This document shows positions 10,487 through 20,422 of a stretch of 32,000 nt of DNA, one piece after another. The first letter of the stretch is position 1, and the number at the start of each line of letters is the position of its first letter. The position numbers and the translations under genes were made by a program. The notes below the pieces were generated by a model. That model was not told the origin of the DNA and did not search any database. It saw nothing but the letters and a program-made list of their open reading frames with translations. The stretch covers positions 2,100,001-2,132,000 of the forward strand of contig NZ_CP053627.1 in assembly GCF_013177435.1 (NCBI RefSeq), read 5' to 3'. The stretch comes from Xylella taiwanensis (GTDB lineage Bacteria > Pseudomonadota > Gammaproteobacteria > Xanthomonadales > Xanthomonadaceae).

Positions 10487-11382
10487 CGTCACATCGTTTT
10501 TCTTCGATTCTGCGTCATTCCTGAACACATCGGTTCTGATCCGTCAGGCTTCACTCGTAAAGCACTGCGCATGATATGTCAGGGCACCAGAAACGCTCGC
10601 CTATCGACGGCTGGTGAACTGTCATGGCGATAGACAATGTTTCAGTAAGACATTGATACGGAACATGTTGCTGTTGCCGGCAATGACGATGCAGCATCCT
10701 TGCTGCTTGGCATGTCATCAGCGTTTGGGAAGCGATAACCACAACATGCTCGGGAACAGTTCTCCTATCTCCAGCGCTTCAGTTGGGTAACGACGCACAT
10801 GATGCGCGCCGATGAGCAGCTCGCATACAACAACATCACATGGGGTACGAGTAAATACAGCACAAGAAGCCCTTGAAGCAGGCAAGCAAGCGAACGGATG
10901 CATGACTTCTTTCCATTGCCGATCGCTGCGGCGCTGGATCGATTGGCACCAGGATGGGAACCAGCAGCGTGTACTTCTTGCAACGAGAACATCACAAGCA
11001 GTTGCCGATCAGATGCACGATATACATGTGCATCGCAGAGACCGCCAGCAACGTCGCCAACACCTTCCATTAAACGGCACAGGAAAACAGGGGAACTGGC
11101 ACGCTCGCTTCAATCATCGGACACTGCATCCATACAATCTTTGACAAGTTCCTGAATCTCACTTAACTGAAATTTGTTATTGTGGCAAACACGGGAACAA
11201 AAGTACCCCCTACCTTATGACCTGACGCCGTGTGCTTTTTAGGCTTCTCAAAATCAAGTGGCGACACAAACACTCAGACTTCAGCTTCGTTCTGCTTGCG
11301 CTTAAGGATGACCTTGATTCCCCGTTTCCCCCCAAAACTCAGACCTGCGCACCACAATTGTGTTGGCACGCGACGTATACGA

Positions 11383-11492
11383 ATTGCAATAAAAATTGCA
11401 ATAAAAAAAGCAACGTTGCATCGCGTTCCAATCGCATTGATGAGTAATTGATGAGTAACAGTGGCATTAGTACTTCGTTATAGTTTCGTTAT
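11383..11492 (+). promoter_or_regulatory. Cluster of three adjacent direct-repeat pairs upstream of the TonB-dependent receptor
   Basis: ATTGCAATAAAA x2 is exactly tandem (11383-11394, 11395-11406). The palindrome GCAACGTTGC lies at 11410-11419. TTGATGAGTAA x2 is tandem (11437-11447, 11448-11458). TTCGTTAT x2 is spaced 11 bp apart (11474-11481, 11485-11492). All lie 70-180 nt upstream of the ATG at 11561. Confidence 0.4.
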
Positions 11493-11560
11493 GCGGATAT
11501 TTCCAGCACTCACCTCGACACGCATCCATACGACTCTTTTTTAATATAGGGAACAGCAAA

Positions 11561-14500
11561 ATGAAGACACTCAGCAGATACGCGCCGGCGTTGAACCATT
11601 TGACACTGGCACTGGCGTCAACACTGCTGCTGGTCGCCTATGCAGCCAACACAACGGCCGCCGAACCACAGCACCTCACGAACGCAGACAGCACGTCTGC
11701 ACCCCACGATAGCAAAGCCACCGATCTGGACCGCGTCGTCGTCACCGGCTCACGCATTCCACGCGCCGGCTTCGACACACTGGAACCAGCCACTGTCGTC
11801 AACCGGCAGTATCTTGAAGGTTTCGGCTTCACTAATGTTGCCGATGCGCTGTTCTCCCAGCCTGGCTTCGACAGAAGCGCCGAGGTGCGTGGTGATCAAG
11901 CAGGTTTCGGTGCCGGCGTCAGCTTCCTTGGCCGCTTCGGGCTCGGTTCCAACCGTCAACTCGTTCTGGTCAACGGACGCCGTTTGGTGACCTCTAATCC
12001 ACCGACCATCTTTGGCCCGGACGACGGCGGTACCCAAGTCGATCTGAATGTGATCCCGACCTCGTTGATCGAACGGACCGAAACCATCGGCGTCGGTGGC
12101 GCACCAACTTATGGCTCGGATGCCATCTCCGGGGTCACCAACCTGATTCTGAAAAAAAACTACGAAGGCGCAGAAGTCAAAATTGGCTATGGCCTGACCG
12201 AGCGTGGCGACAACGCGCGCTACACCTACTCGGCACTGCTGGGCAGCAACTTTGCCAATAGCCGGGGCAACCTGACCATTGCTCTGGACGCGGACGATAA
12301 CGCAGGCGTGCTTGGTTCCGCACGCCGCTATTACCGCAACAGCTACTCAATGCAACCCAATCCAAACGCCGCAGCCATCGCACAGTTTCAGCCTGGGCGC
12401 GACTCCGCGACCGACGGCCGGGTGCACACCACTATCCCGTTCGACACCAGTGCCACTGACGGCATCCCTGGCCGGGTACTCATCCGTGACCGCCGGCTTA
12501 ACAACACGACCTTGGGCGGCCTGCTTTTCCCCATCACTGACCGTTTCACCCGTAACGCCAGCGGGCAGCCACGCGGCTTCGGCCCGGGTCAGGATCAGTT
12601 CCTGCAATTCGACAAACAAGGCAACTTGGTCAGCTACAATCCGGGCGTCAATTTCGGTAACTACTCCTCCTCCGGAGGCGATGGGCTGGACCTCAATCAA
12701 ACAGTACAAGTGACCTCACAGTTAGACCGCAAGTCGGTGTTCATGCTCGGCAACTACGACATCACCGATAGCATCACCAGCTTCTTCGAGGGGTCATACT
12801 ACAGCTCAAAAGCACTCGAACTGACCGATCAGAGCATCTACAACGCCGTCGGTGGCGGAATCGGCAACGTTGACGGCAGCGGCGATCAAGACGGCACGCT
12901 GAACTTTAACATCGACAATCCGTTTCTCTCCGAGCAAAACCGGCAAGCGCTGCGCCGCTTGGGGATCACCGATTTCCAACTGTCACGCGCCTCACGCGAT
13001 CTGGTAATCGGAAACTCCAGCACCGACACCCGCCTATGGCGTGCGGTTGCCGGCCTCAACGGTCACTTCGACGCAAGCGGACACTTGTTCGACTGGGAAA
13101 CCAGCATCAACCATGGCGAAGGCAACTTCGACTATTACCGCACCGGCCTGATCCAGCAACATTTCATCAATGCCATCAACGTGATACGCAACAGTGCCGG
13201 CGAGATCGTTTGCAACCCAAGCGCGCCAGGCACCACCGCTGATCCGAACTGCGTGCCGCTCAACCTCTTTGGCGAGGGCGTCGCCTCACCAGCGGCACGC
13301 AATTACGTCACCACACCGACACACGCCACCGCACAGATGAAGCAGACCGTGTTCAATGCGAACCTGTCCGGCAGCCTCATTGACCTGCCTGGGGGCAAGC
13401 TCGGCTTCAACGTCGGCTACGAGCGCCGTAAGGAAGAAGGCCGTTTTACCCCGGACGAGTCTCAGCGTCTGGGTTTAGGCCGCACGGTGCCGACCACAGG
13501 CTCACGCGGCGCATTCACCACCAATGAGTACTTCGCCGAGATCCTAGCCCCACTGGTCAATCCAGAAGCGGGCCTCCCCGGTCTGCATCGCCTCGATCTG
13601 ACCGGCAAACTCCGCCGCGTCAACAACACCGTCAACGGGTGGTTCACTGCCTACACGTATGGTCTCCAATACGAACCGTTGCAGGGCATCCAACTGCGCG
13701 GCAACAAGACCCGCTCCTTCCGTGCGCCCGCCATCGTTGAGCTGTACACCAGTCAACAACCAAGCTACTCCTTCATCTCGGAACCCTGCACCCCGGCGGA
13801 TATCAACGCAGGTAAGCGCCCCGAGGTGCGGCAGCGCAACTGCCAAGCGTTTTTCGGTTACTACTCCAATGTCAATCCGTCAACTTTCGAAGCCGCACCA
13901 ACCAATCAACTCGGCTCAGTGAGCGGCAATCCCCACCTGGAAAACGAGCTCGCCAAATCTTGGACGGCCGGGATCGTATTCCAACCAGACTGGGCACGCG
14001 GTCTACGCATGGCCGCGGACTGGTACGACATCAAGCTCAGTAATGTGATCACCGTGTTATCGCCCGACGACATCACCTCCGGGTGCTTCGACAACGACAC
14101 GTTCAATACCAGCGATATACCCAACGCCAACCACTTCTGTAGCCTGATCACCCGCGATCCACGCACTGGCGTGGCCAGCAGTATCCGGAGGGAATATACC
14201 AACGGCCCGTACATTCACTTCCGCGGCTGGACCGCCGAGGTCAACTACCGCTTCGACCTGAGACATCTACGCTGGGGGGGCCTGCTTGACCTCAGCCTCA
14301 ACGGCTACTTCCCGAAGAACCTGAATTACGCAGCCACTCTGGACATCCCGCCTACCGAATCGGTCGGGACAATCGATCATTCCAAGCGTCAACTCCAATG
14401 GAATGCCCGCTACCTGACCGGCCCGTGGAATCTTGGCGTCAGCGCAAATTACAAAAGTGCTGCGGTGTACGACCTGACCAATACGGTGGAGACACGCGAT

Positions 14501-14677
14501 TACCTGGGCATCCCCAGCTACACCAGTTACGACGCCAATATCGGCTACACGTTCGACAAGCACAGCAACCTCAATCTGGCGGTACTGAACGTGACCGACA
14601 AGATGGTCGCATTTCCATACGTGTACGACGCATTGGGACGCCGCTACATGCTGACGTTCAACTACAAGTTTTATTGA
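11561..14677 (+). CDS. TonB-dependent outer-membrane receptor (large, Xanthomonad-type)
   Basis: 1038 aa. It has a signal peptide and a TonB-box/plug start (DLDRVVVTGSRIPR..TLEPATVV). Alternating beta-strand sequence runs throughout, and the C-terminal aromatic end is ..TFNYKFY. An AGGGA RBS lies 8 nt upstream of the start. Confidence 0.9.
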   Translation: MKTLSRYAPALNHLTLALASTLLLVAYAANTTAAEPQHLTNADSTSAPHDSKATDLDRVVVTGSRIPRAGFDTLEPATVVNRQYLEGFGFTNVADALFSQPGFDRSAEVRGDQAGFGAGVSFLGRFGLGSNRQLVLVNGRRLVTSNPPTIFGPDDGGTQVDLNVIPTSLIERTETIGVGGAPTYGSDAISGVTNLILKKNYEGAEVKIGYGLTERGDNARYTYSALLGSNFANSRGNLTIALDADDNAGVLGSARRYYRNSYSMQPNPNAAAIAQFQPGRDSATDGRVHTTIPFDTSATDGIPGRVLIRDRRLNNTTLGGLLFPITDRFTRNASGQPRGFGPGQDQFLQFDKQGNLVSYNPGVNFGNYSSSGGDGLDLNQTVQVTSQLDRKSVFMLGNYDITDSITSFFEGSYYSSKALELTDQSIYNAVGGGIGNVDGSGDQDGTLNFNIDNPFLSEQNRQALRRLGITDFQLSRASRDLVIGNSSTDTRLWRAVAGLNGHFDASGHLFDWETSINHGEGNFDYYRTGLIQQHFINAINVIRNSAGEIVCNPSAPGTTADPNCVPLNLFGEGVASPAARNYVTTPTHATAQMKQTVFNANLSGSLIDLPGGKLGFNVGYERRKEEGRFTPDESQRLGLGRTVPTTGSRGAFTTNEYFAEILAPLVNPEAGLPGLHRLDLTGKLRRVNNTVNGWFTAYTYGLQYEPLQGIQLRGNKTRSFRAPAIVELYTSQQPSYSFISEPCTPADINAGKRPEVRQRNCQAFFGYYSNVNPSTFEAAPTNQLGSVSGNPHLENELAKSWTAGIVFQPDWARGLRMAADWYDIKLSNVITVLSPDDITSGCFDNDTFNTSDIPNANHFCSLITRDPRTGVASSIRREYTNGPYIHFRGWTAEVNYRFDLRHLRWGGLLDLSLNGYFPKNLNYAATLDIPPTESVGTIDHSKRQLQWNARYLTGPWNLGVSANYKSAAVYDLTNTVETRDYLGIPSYTSYDANIGYTFDKHSNLNLAVLNVTDKMVAFPYVYDALGRRYMLTFNYKFY

Positions 14678-14704
14678 TGATCGCAGCACCTTGGCATACA
14701 CCAG

Positions 14705-14730
14705 GGGCCGGCTTGCCGGCCCTTGTCTTT
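14705..14730 (+). terminator. Intrinsic terminator after the TonB-dependent receptor
   Basis: GGGCCGG-cttg-CCGGCCC forms a perfect 7-bp GC stem (14705-14722) followed by TTGTCTTT. It begins 28 nt after the stop codon. Confidence 0.7.
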
Positions 14731-14845
14731 GGGGAGGCACGATGACAACACACGGCGATGACACAGACTGATGCGCGAGCACGAAGTGCCTGGATCGATC
14801 ACTGGGCATGCGATACTCGTCGGTCCCCTGGTACCGCCTGCGTTC

Positions 14846-16927
14846 ATGACCACTGCACTTGTCACCACCGCCCTGCCTTATGCCAACGGTCCGCTGCACC
14901 TCGGCCATCTGGTCGGCTACATTCAAGCTGACATCTGGGTACGCGCGCGGCGCCTGGGGGGGCACACTACTTGGTTCGTCTGCGCCGACGACACTCACGG
15001 CACGCCCATCATGCTGGCCGCAGAAAAGGCGGACATGCGACCAGAAGCGTTTATCGCCACGATCCAAGCCAGCCATGAACGCGATTTTGCAGCGTTCAAC
15101 GTCGCTTTCGACCACTACGACTCCACGCATTCCCCCGTCAACCGCACCCTGACCGAGCAGTTGTATCTCACACTCAAACAGGCCGGACATATCACATGCC
15201 GTTCCGTCGCTCAATTCTACGACCCGACCAAAGGCATGTTCCTCCCTGACCGCTACGTCAAAGGAACCTGCCCAAACTGCGGTGCGACCGACCAATATGG
15301 CGACAACTGCGAAGTCTGTGGCGCCACCTATACGCCCACAGAACTCAACAATCCGTATTCGGTGATCTCCGGCGCAACACCGGAACTTCGTGACTCGGAA
15401 CACTTCTTCTTTGAAGTGGCTCACTTCGACACCTTCCTACGACATTGGCTGAGCGGCGATGTCGCCCTGCCCAGTGTCAAAAACAAACTCAAGGAATGGC
15501 TGGATGCCACAAGCGGCCTGCGTGCCTGGGACATCTCCCGCGATGCGCCTTACTTCGGCTTCGAGATCCCCGACCAACCAGGCAAGTATTTCTACGTTTG
15601 GCTGGATGCACCGATCGGCTACTTATGCAGCTTCAAGACATGGTGCGCACGCACCGGCGAAGACTTCGACGCCCATCTACGCACTGGCACCGCGACAGAG
15701 TTGCATCACTTTATTGGGAAAGACATCGTCAACTTCCACGGTCTGTTCTGGCCGGCGGTCCTGCACGGTACCGGCCACTGCGCCCCAACCCGGCTCCATG
15801 TCAACGGCTATCTGACTGTGGATGGTGCCAAGATGTCCAAATCGCGCGGCACCTTCATCATGGCGCGCACCTACCTCGACACTGGCCTGGAACCAGACGC
15901 ACTACGCTACTACTTTGCTGCTAAAGCTTCCGGAGACGTGGACGACCTGGACCTTAACCTGGGTGACTTCGTCGCACGTGTCAACGCCGACCTGGTCGGC
16001 AAATTCGTCAATCTGGCCAGCCGCTGTGCAAGTTTCATTGGCACACGTTTCAACGGCCAGCTCGCCGACACGCTGCCAGACCGCATGCAATACAATCGAT
16101 TCGTCGCTGCACTGGTCCCCATCCATGAAGCTTACGAACGCAACGACACCGCGAGCGCAATTCGTCAAACCATGCAGCTGGCCGACGAGGCCAACAGATA
16201 CATTGACGAGACCAAACCCTGGGTCATCGCCAAACAAAACCACGTCCACGCCCACACGCAGTTGCAAGCCGTATGCACCCAAGGGTTGAATCTGTTTCGC
16301 GTCCTGGTCACTGCACTCAAACCAATCCTGCCGCACATCACCACCCAAGCCGAGGCATTCCTCGCCGCACCAGTGACGCTATGGCAGGACCTCGAGCAAC
16401 CACTGACAGGTGGTCACACCATCCGGCCCTATGCGCCCCTATTCACCCGCATCGACAAAAAAGTGATCGGCATCATGATCAACGCTTCCAAAGACACGCT
16501 CGCCACTCCTATCCCCACCCCTGCTCCCGTCAAGCAACAGACCGCCTCCATGTCAAGCACAGCAACAACTGCAGAAGAGCAGGAAACAGCCATCCCCACC
16601 ATCGGTATCGACGACTTCGCCAAGCTCGATCTGCGCATCGGCAAGGTGCTGGCATGCGAATACGTTGCAGGATCAGACAAACTGCTGCGCTTTGAATTGG
16701 ATGCTGGCACGCTAGGCAAACGCCAGATTTTCTCGGGGATACGAGCCAGTTACAGCGAGCCAGACAAGCTGATTGGCCGCAACGTGGTGTTCATCGCTAA
16801 CCTGGCACCGCGCAAAATGCGCTTCGGTGTTAGCCAGGGGATGATCCTCTCAGCCGGCTTCGACGGCGGTACGCTAGCACTGCTGGATGCTGACAGCAGC
16901 GCTCAGCCAGGGATGCCGGTGCGTTAA
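14846..16927 (+). CDS. metG: Methionine--tRNA ligase
   Basis: HIGH motif (PLHLGHLVGY), zinc knuckles (CPNCG..CEVCG) and KMSKS (DGAKMSKSRG) are present. The C-terminal part is an EMAP/Trbp111-like tRNA-binding domain (IGKVLACEYVAGSDKLLRFELD). The ORF opens at 14771, but I place the start at the ATG at 14846 (MTTALVTTALPYANG), which matches the usual MetRS N-terminus. Confidence 0.95.
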   Translation: MTTALVTTALPYANGPLHLGHLVGYIQADIWVRARRLGGHTTWFVCADDTHGTPIMLAAEKADMRPEAFIATIQASHERDFAAFNVAFDHYDSTHSPVNRTLTEQLYLTLKQAGHITCRSVAQFYDPTKGMFLPDRYVKGTCPNCGATDQYGDNCEVCGATYTPTELNNPYSVISGATPELRDSEHFFFEVAHFDTFLRHWLSGDVALPSVKNKLKEWLDATSGLRAWDISRDAPYFGFEIPDQPGKYFYVWLDAPIGYLCSFKTWCARTGEDFDAHLRTGTATELHHFIGKDIVNFHGLFWPAVLHGTGHCAPTRLHVNGYLTVDGAKMSKSRGTFIMARTYLDTGLEPDALRYYFAAKASGDVDDLDLNLGDFVARVNADLVGKFVNLASRCASFIGTRFNGQLADTLPDRMQYNRFVAALVPIHEAYERNDTASAIRQTMQLADEANRYIDETKPWVIAKQNHVHAHTQLQAVCTQGLNLFRVLVTALKPILPHITTQAEAFLAAPVTLWQDLEQPLTGGHTIRPYAPLFTRIDKKVIGIMINASKDTLATPIPTPAPVKQQTASMSSTATTAEEQETAIPTIGIDDFAKLDLRIGKVLACEYVAGSDKLLRFELDAGTLGKRQIFSGIRASYSEPDKLIGRNVVFIANLAPRKMRFGVSQGMILSAGFDGGTLALLDADSSAQPGMPVR

Positions 16928-17389
16928 CCCTACCCCGCACATCCTGCATAGCAGCGCAAAGAACAGCAGCATCAGGACGTGTCTCGCCATCAACGTCAGC
17001 TCTGCCCCTCTCGGATGTCTGCTTCCCCGCATCCATCCGTGTTCGACACCGCATCCCAACGGACTGTCGCTCCGCTGCCCAACTCCAAAGCACCGCACCA
17101 AAGCATGATGTGACTGAAAATACCTGCGCATGCCCGGCCATCCACCCGCATAAAACACGTGATACAGCCATTAAGCGGCACATAGGACAACGTCACGAAA
17201 GGCCAAGGCTTCACCTCATTCCAGTGCTCCCGCGATCTGGACAACAACACGGTTCGCTCCTGGTGCACCCGCTACGATGCAAAACACACTCACCCACGCG
17301 ACATTGGCAGGCTGGCCAATACCCGGACAGCAACACATCCACCAGATAAAAGACGGGCACCGTGACCGCAGCGCGAGAACACATTCCCG

Positions 17390-18160
17390 CTAAAAAACAG
17401 CAGCGCACTGCGTCAGCGACCTGAAGTGATCCAACGCATGATCGACCTGTGGCAACAGCATCTAGCTATCTCCGCTTCTGGGCGTACCCTGCGCGGGCAG
17501 TGTACATCCTACGTCACACATGGCCAGCACTGCGCCAGGCATCCATAGCCAGCAATAGAAAGTCTGACACCTACCAGCGGGCCACTACTGAGAGTGGTAC
17601 TTCATGACGCACCACTGCCTCAAGGCACGCAAAAAGCGCACCTGTTTGCCAACCATCGGCGCGCTGGCAGCAGCCAACATCATGCGATTTAAATGCTGCA
17701 ACGCGTCACTTGGCGGCTGACTTCACCTATATCCACAGCAAACCTGACTGACTGTCTTTCACCACCGTATTTACTTGTACTCACACATCCCCAAAGCGTT
17801 ACACAACGCTGCCACGCCGGCCCGTCGCACGCGGGACACCGTCTTAGCAATGCGCATTGCCCTGCATCAGCCCCAATCCAGCCTGATCATGCATACCGAC
17901 CACAGCACTCAGAACGCCGCTCTAGGCGATCGCCATACACTGGACCACCCCTGATCACACGTATGTCCCCCCAACCCACTGCCATTGGAACAGCCCCTCA
18001 TGAGACGGTGACGGCGGAGTGAAAAACGGGACAGAATGTGACAGCAATGCACTACTCTCCAGATGAAAGCATCACCAACATGCTCCACTCGATCGTCGGC
18101 TGCTCCTCACATCGGCTCCATGCCTCGCTAAGCGATCGCTGCGAGAAGACCCGCTGCTAA
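17390..18160 (+). pseudogene. Heavily decayed IS3-family transposase (OrfB/DDE integrase core) relic
   Basis: Collinear motif remnants appear across shifted frames. These are ..NAATRHLAADFTYI (17716-17733 = ADFTYI), then D*LSFTTVF (W->TGA), LIMHTDHSTQ (compare LIhHSDrGsQY), MSPQPTAIGTAPHETVTAE*KT (compare SMSrkGNcwDNApmEsFFgsLKtE) and HRLHASLSD (compare RrHSsLgy). There are multiple stops and frameshifts, and I saw no inverted repeats. Confidence 0.5.
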
Positions 18161-18296
18161 TACATCTCCCATCTTGGAAGTCATCAAAACGCAACCGCAA
18201 CAGCACCACCACTCCGGCCCAACGAAAAGAACAGGCTGCTCGGCTATCCGCTCTACATTGCTTTTCACGTCATACCACGCAGCCTAACATCACACC

Positions 18297-18716
18297 ATGT
18301 CTAACACCGCCACCCTCAACCTGGTCGAACGCCTTGATCGCTTACTGCCACAAACGCAGTGTGGCCAATGCGGCTTTAAAGGCTGCCTGCCGTACGCCGA
18401 AGCGATGGCACGCGGCGAAGCTGGCATCGACCGCTGTCCTCCCGGCGGTGACGCCGGTGCACGCGCACTCGCACACATCCTTGATGTGCCAGCGCGCCCC
18501 TACGATCGCAGCCGCGGCATCCAACAGCGACCACAGGTCGCCTGGATTGTCGAAGCGGACTGTATCGGGTGTACAAAATGCATCCAGGCATGTCCCGTCG
18601 ACGCAATCATCGGGGGGGCTAAGCACATGCATACGGTGATTGCTGCGCTTTGCACCGGCTGTGAATTGTGCGTGCCCGTTTGCCCAGTGGATTGCATCGA
18701 ACTACATCCCATCTAA
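18297..18716 (+). CDS. RnfB-like Fe-S protein / ferredoxin
   Basis: 139 aa. The N-terminal Cys cluster is [22 protein letters not shown], as in the RnfB Fe-S domain. Two classical 4Fe-4S motifs follow ([12 protein letters not shown] and [12 protein letters not shown]). Confidence 0.8.
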   Translation: MSNTATLNLVERLDRLLPQTQCGQCGFKGCLPYAEAMARGEAGIDRCPPGGDAGARALAHILDVPARPYDRSRGIQQRPQVAWIVEADCIGCTKCIQACPVDAIIGGAKHMHTVIAALCTGCELCVPVCPVDCIELHPI

Positions 18717-18740
18717 ACAGATCAACCTCAACAGCATTGA

Positions 18741-19440
18741 TTGGCAATAAACCCAACACCCGCAGCACGCTTGGAGGAGCGATTCAAAGAGGATCCAGCA
18801 TCCGAAAGCCACATCACTCTATGGATACCCCCCGTTCGACATGCCATGTGCATGAGCGTTCTGGACGCGACACAAACATTCGATCCGAAGACGGCCACGA
18901 CGCTCTGCATCTGCTCACTGATCGCAAGCCGGCTCGCTCACGGACAGACACACATGGAGGGGATCGATTGTCTACGTACACCCACCACGGTCACGCTGGA
19001 TGGTTTAGGGATCCAAGCTGCCTTGTAACGCAAGGTTCTATTCCGAAATCGCAAGCAAGATACGCACGCTAGGCAACGCTTCCTTGGCAGGTCATCGTAA
19101 AACTTCACATCATTCTCTCAGGTCTGGAAGAGACCAGCCGCCTTGCGCAACCGTTGCGCTTCATTCCGAACCCCTGTTACCGTCACCACGTCATCAATCC
19201 ATCATATGTGCAACAACGCCGAACAGATCGCTACATGATCAGTGCATAGTGGCCAGTATCTGTTTTTAAATCACATGGCTCATGACTGACCGAATCATTC
19301 ATTGCAGAACATGTGGTTGTGATTCACAGGTGCTTACTCCATGTACATCCAGCAGGCTCATTTCATGATGGTGAAGAGGATTCCGATGTCTGCGGTGACG
19401 CAGGCAATACATTCTTGATTGGAAAACAAGCCGCAAACCG
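18741..19440 (+). pseudogene. nth: Possible endonuclease III (nth) relic
   Basis: It lies immediately downstream of the RnfB-like gene, where nth sits in the E. coli rsx-nth operon. I see weak, collinear by-eye matches to Nth. PASESHITLWIPPVRHAMCMSVLDATQTFDPKTATTL aligns with PHPTTELNFSSPFELLIAVLLSAQATDVSVNKATAKL. VLFRNRKQDTHARQRFL aligns with GLYNSKAENIIKTCRIL. QVWKRPAA...TPVTVTTSSIHHMCNNAEQIA aligns with GVGRKTAN..PTIAVDTHIFRVCNRTQFA. HVVVIHR aligns with HWLILHG. Identity is low, stops and frameshifts are present, and one spacing is about 18 aa off. Confidence 0.4.
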
Positions 19441-20422
19441 TCTCCCTGATGGCCACCTCACCTATTGGATGCGCTGCCCACATAAGACGCATCAACGAAA
19501 CTTTAATTCACCCAGGACACAACAATTGCACAGTGGTGACCGCACCGGCCGAGAAGGACTCAGATAATGGCTGCGGCTGATACATCGCTCATAGCAGAAG
19601 CAGTGAGAAAACTTACTTGATTCAAGCCAAATCATGACAAGGCATCGTGCTGTCAGCTCACACAAATGAGCATCTTATTCATCAAAAACGCGAAACGAAT
19701 CTTAGTGGTAGTGAGCCAGAAACCAGTCTCCATCATAAATTTTTCTTACCTAACTGGCATACGGCAAGCAGATGTACTCATCTGTACGTATGAAAGACCT
19801 CACTGACGATGGTATCCACTGCCGACCGTATACATCTGGAAAATATGGACGGATGACAAGAGTGACATGATCGATGAGCTACACCGTGTTGTTGATGAAG
19901 GTAAGAAACTCTGACCTCGTTCAGATCACGCCCCGGTTCGAAAACGCCTCCAAGGACGCCATGAGTGGTATGTGCATCCTAATGGTGCGCATTACGCGAT
20001 AAGGCTGCGGCTGGAGTAAAAGACCTCCGACGTCTTTATTTACCAGCTCAAGCAAGTTCCGACGTAGCAAGCAGCGGCAAGGCTTAGAAACGACTCACTC
20101 ACACCGCATCTAGCATCGCTACGAACATGATCGAAGGAAGCCAAAGACAGTTAAGCGCTGCAAATAGTAGGCACGCTTACCAAGCGACTATCGGCTTAAA
20201 TCTTCATTGTTCCTGGCATCCTAAGTTGGACGCAAAGCAACGCCACACTGATGAACGGTCAAGCCAAATGACCGTGTGTAGCAAGGAGTTCAGACCATGT
20301 TGTTTCCCGGTGGCATCCTGAGGAACCATTGTGGCGCTTCGGCTCAATCTGCAATTTTCTCGGTCATGTTGTCCGGTGATTTCGTTAAGTGAGCAGCTAC
20401 CAACCATCCTTCGCCTATTGAA

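Noticed and set aside
10487-11160. RNase P RNA or another housekeeping ncRNA in the long gap after rsmI
   Set aside because: No RNase P conserved blocks (for example the GGAAAGUCCGGGC-type core) are visible on either strand. The composition is like the other dead tracts.
11160-11560. Riboswitch (for example cobalamin) or other leader RNA upstream of the TonB-dependent receptor
   Set aside because: I looked for a B12-box-like element and for conserved riboswitch cores and saw none. Only the short direct repeats reported above stand out.
14267-15424. 385-aa ORF on the minus strand spanning the 3' end of the TonB-dependent receptor and the 5' end of metG
   Set aside because: It is antisense to two genes that carry unmistakable family motifs and it crosses their intergenic terminator. 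Its translation is Arg/Gly/Val-rich with no recognisable domain. This is a typical shadow ORF of GC-skewed coding DNA.
19900-20020. HigB/RelE-like toxin remnant (..APVRKRLQGRHEWYVHPNGAHYAIRLRLE* versus ..lekLkGdrkgqySiRindqyRicF..)
   Set aside because: Only ~25 residues match loosely, with no start, no C-terminal DYH-type end and no adjacent HTH antitoxin frame. This is below my threshold for a feature, though worth including in a translated HMM scan.
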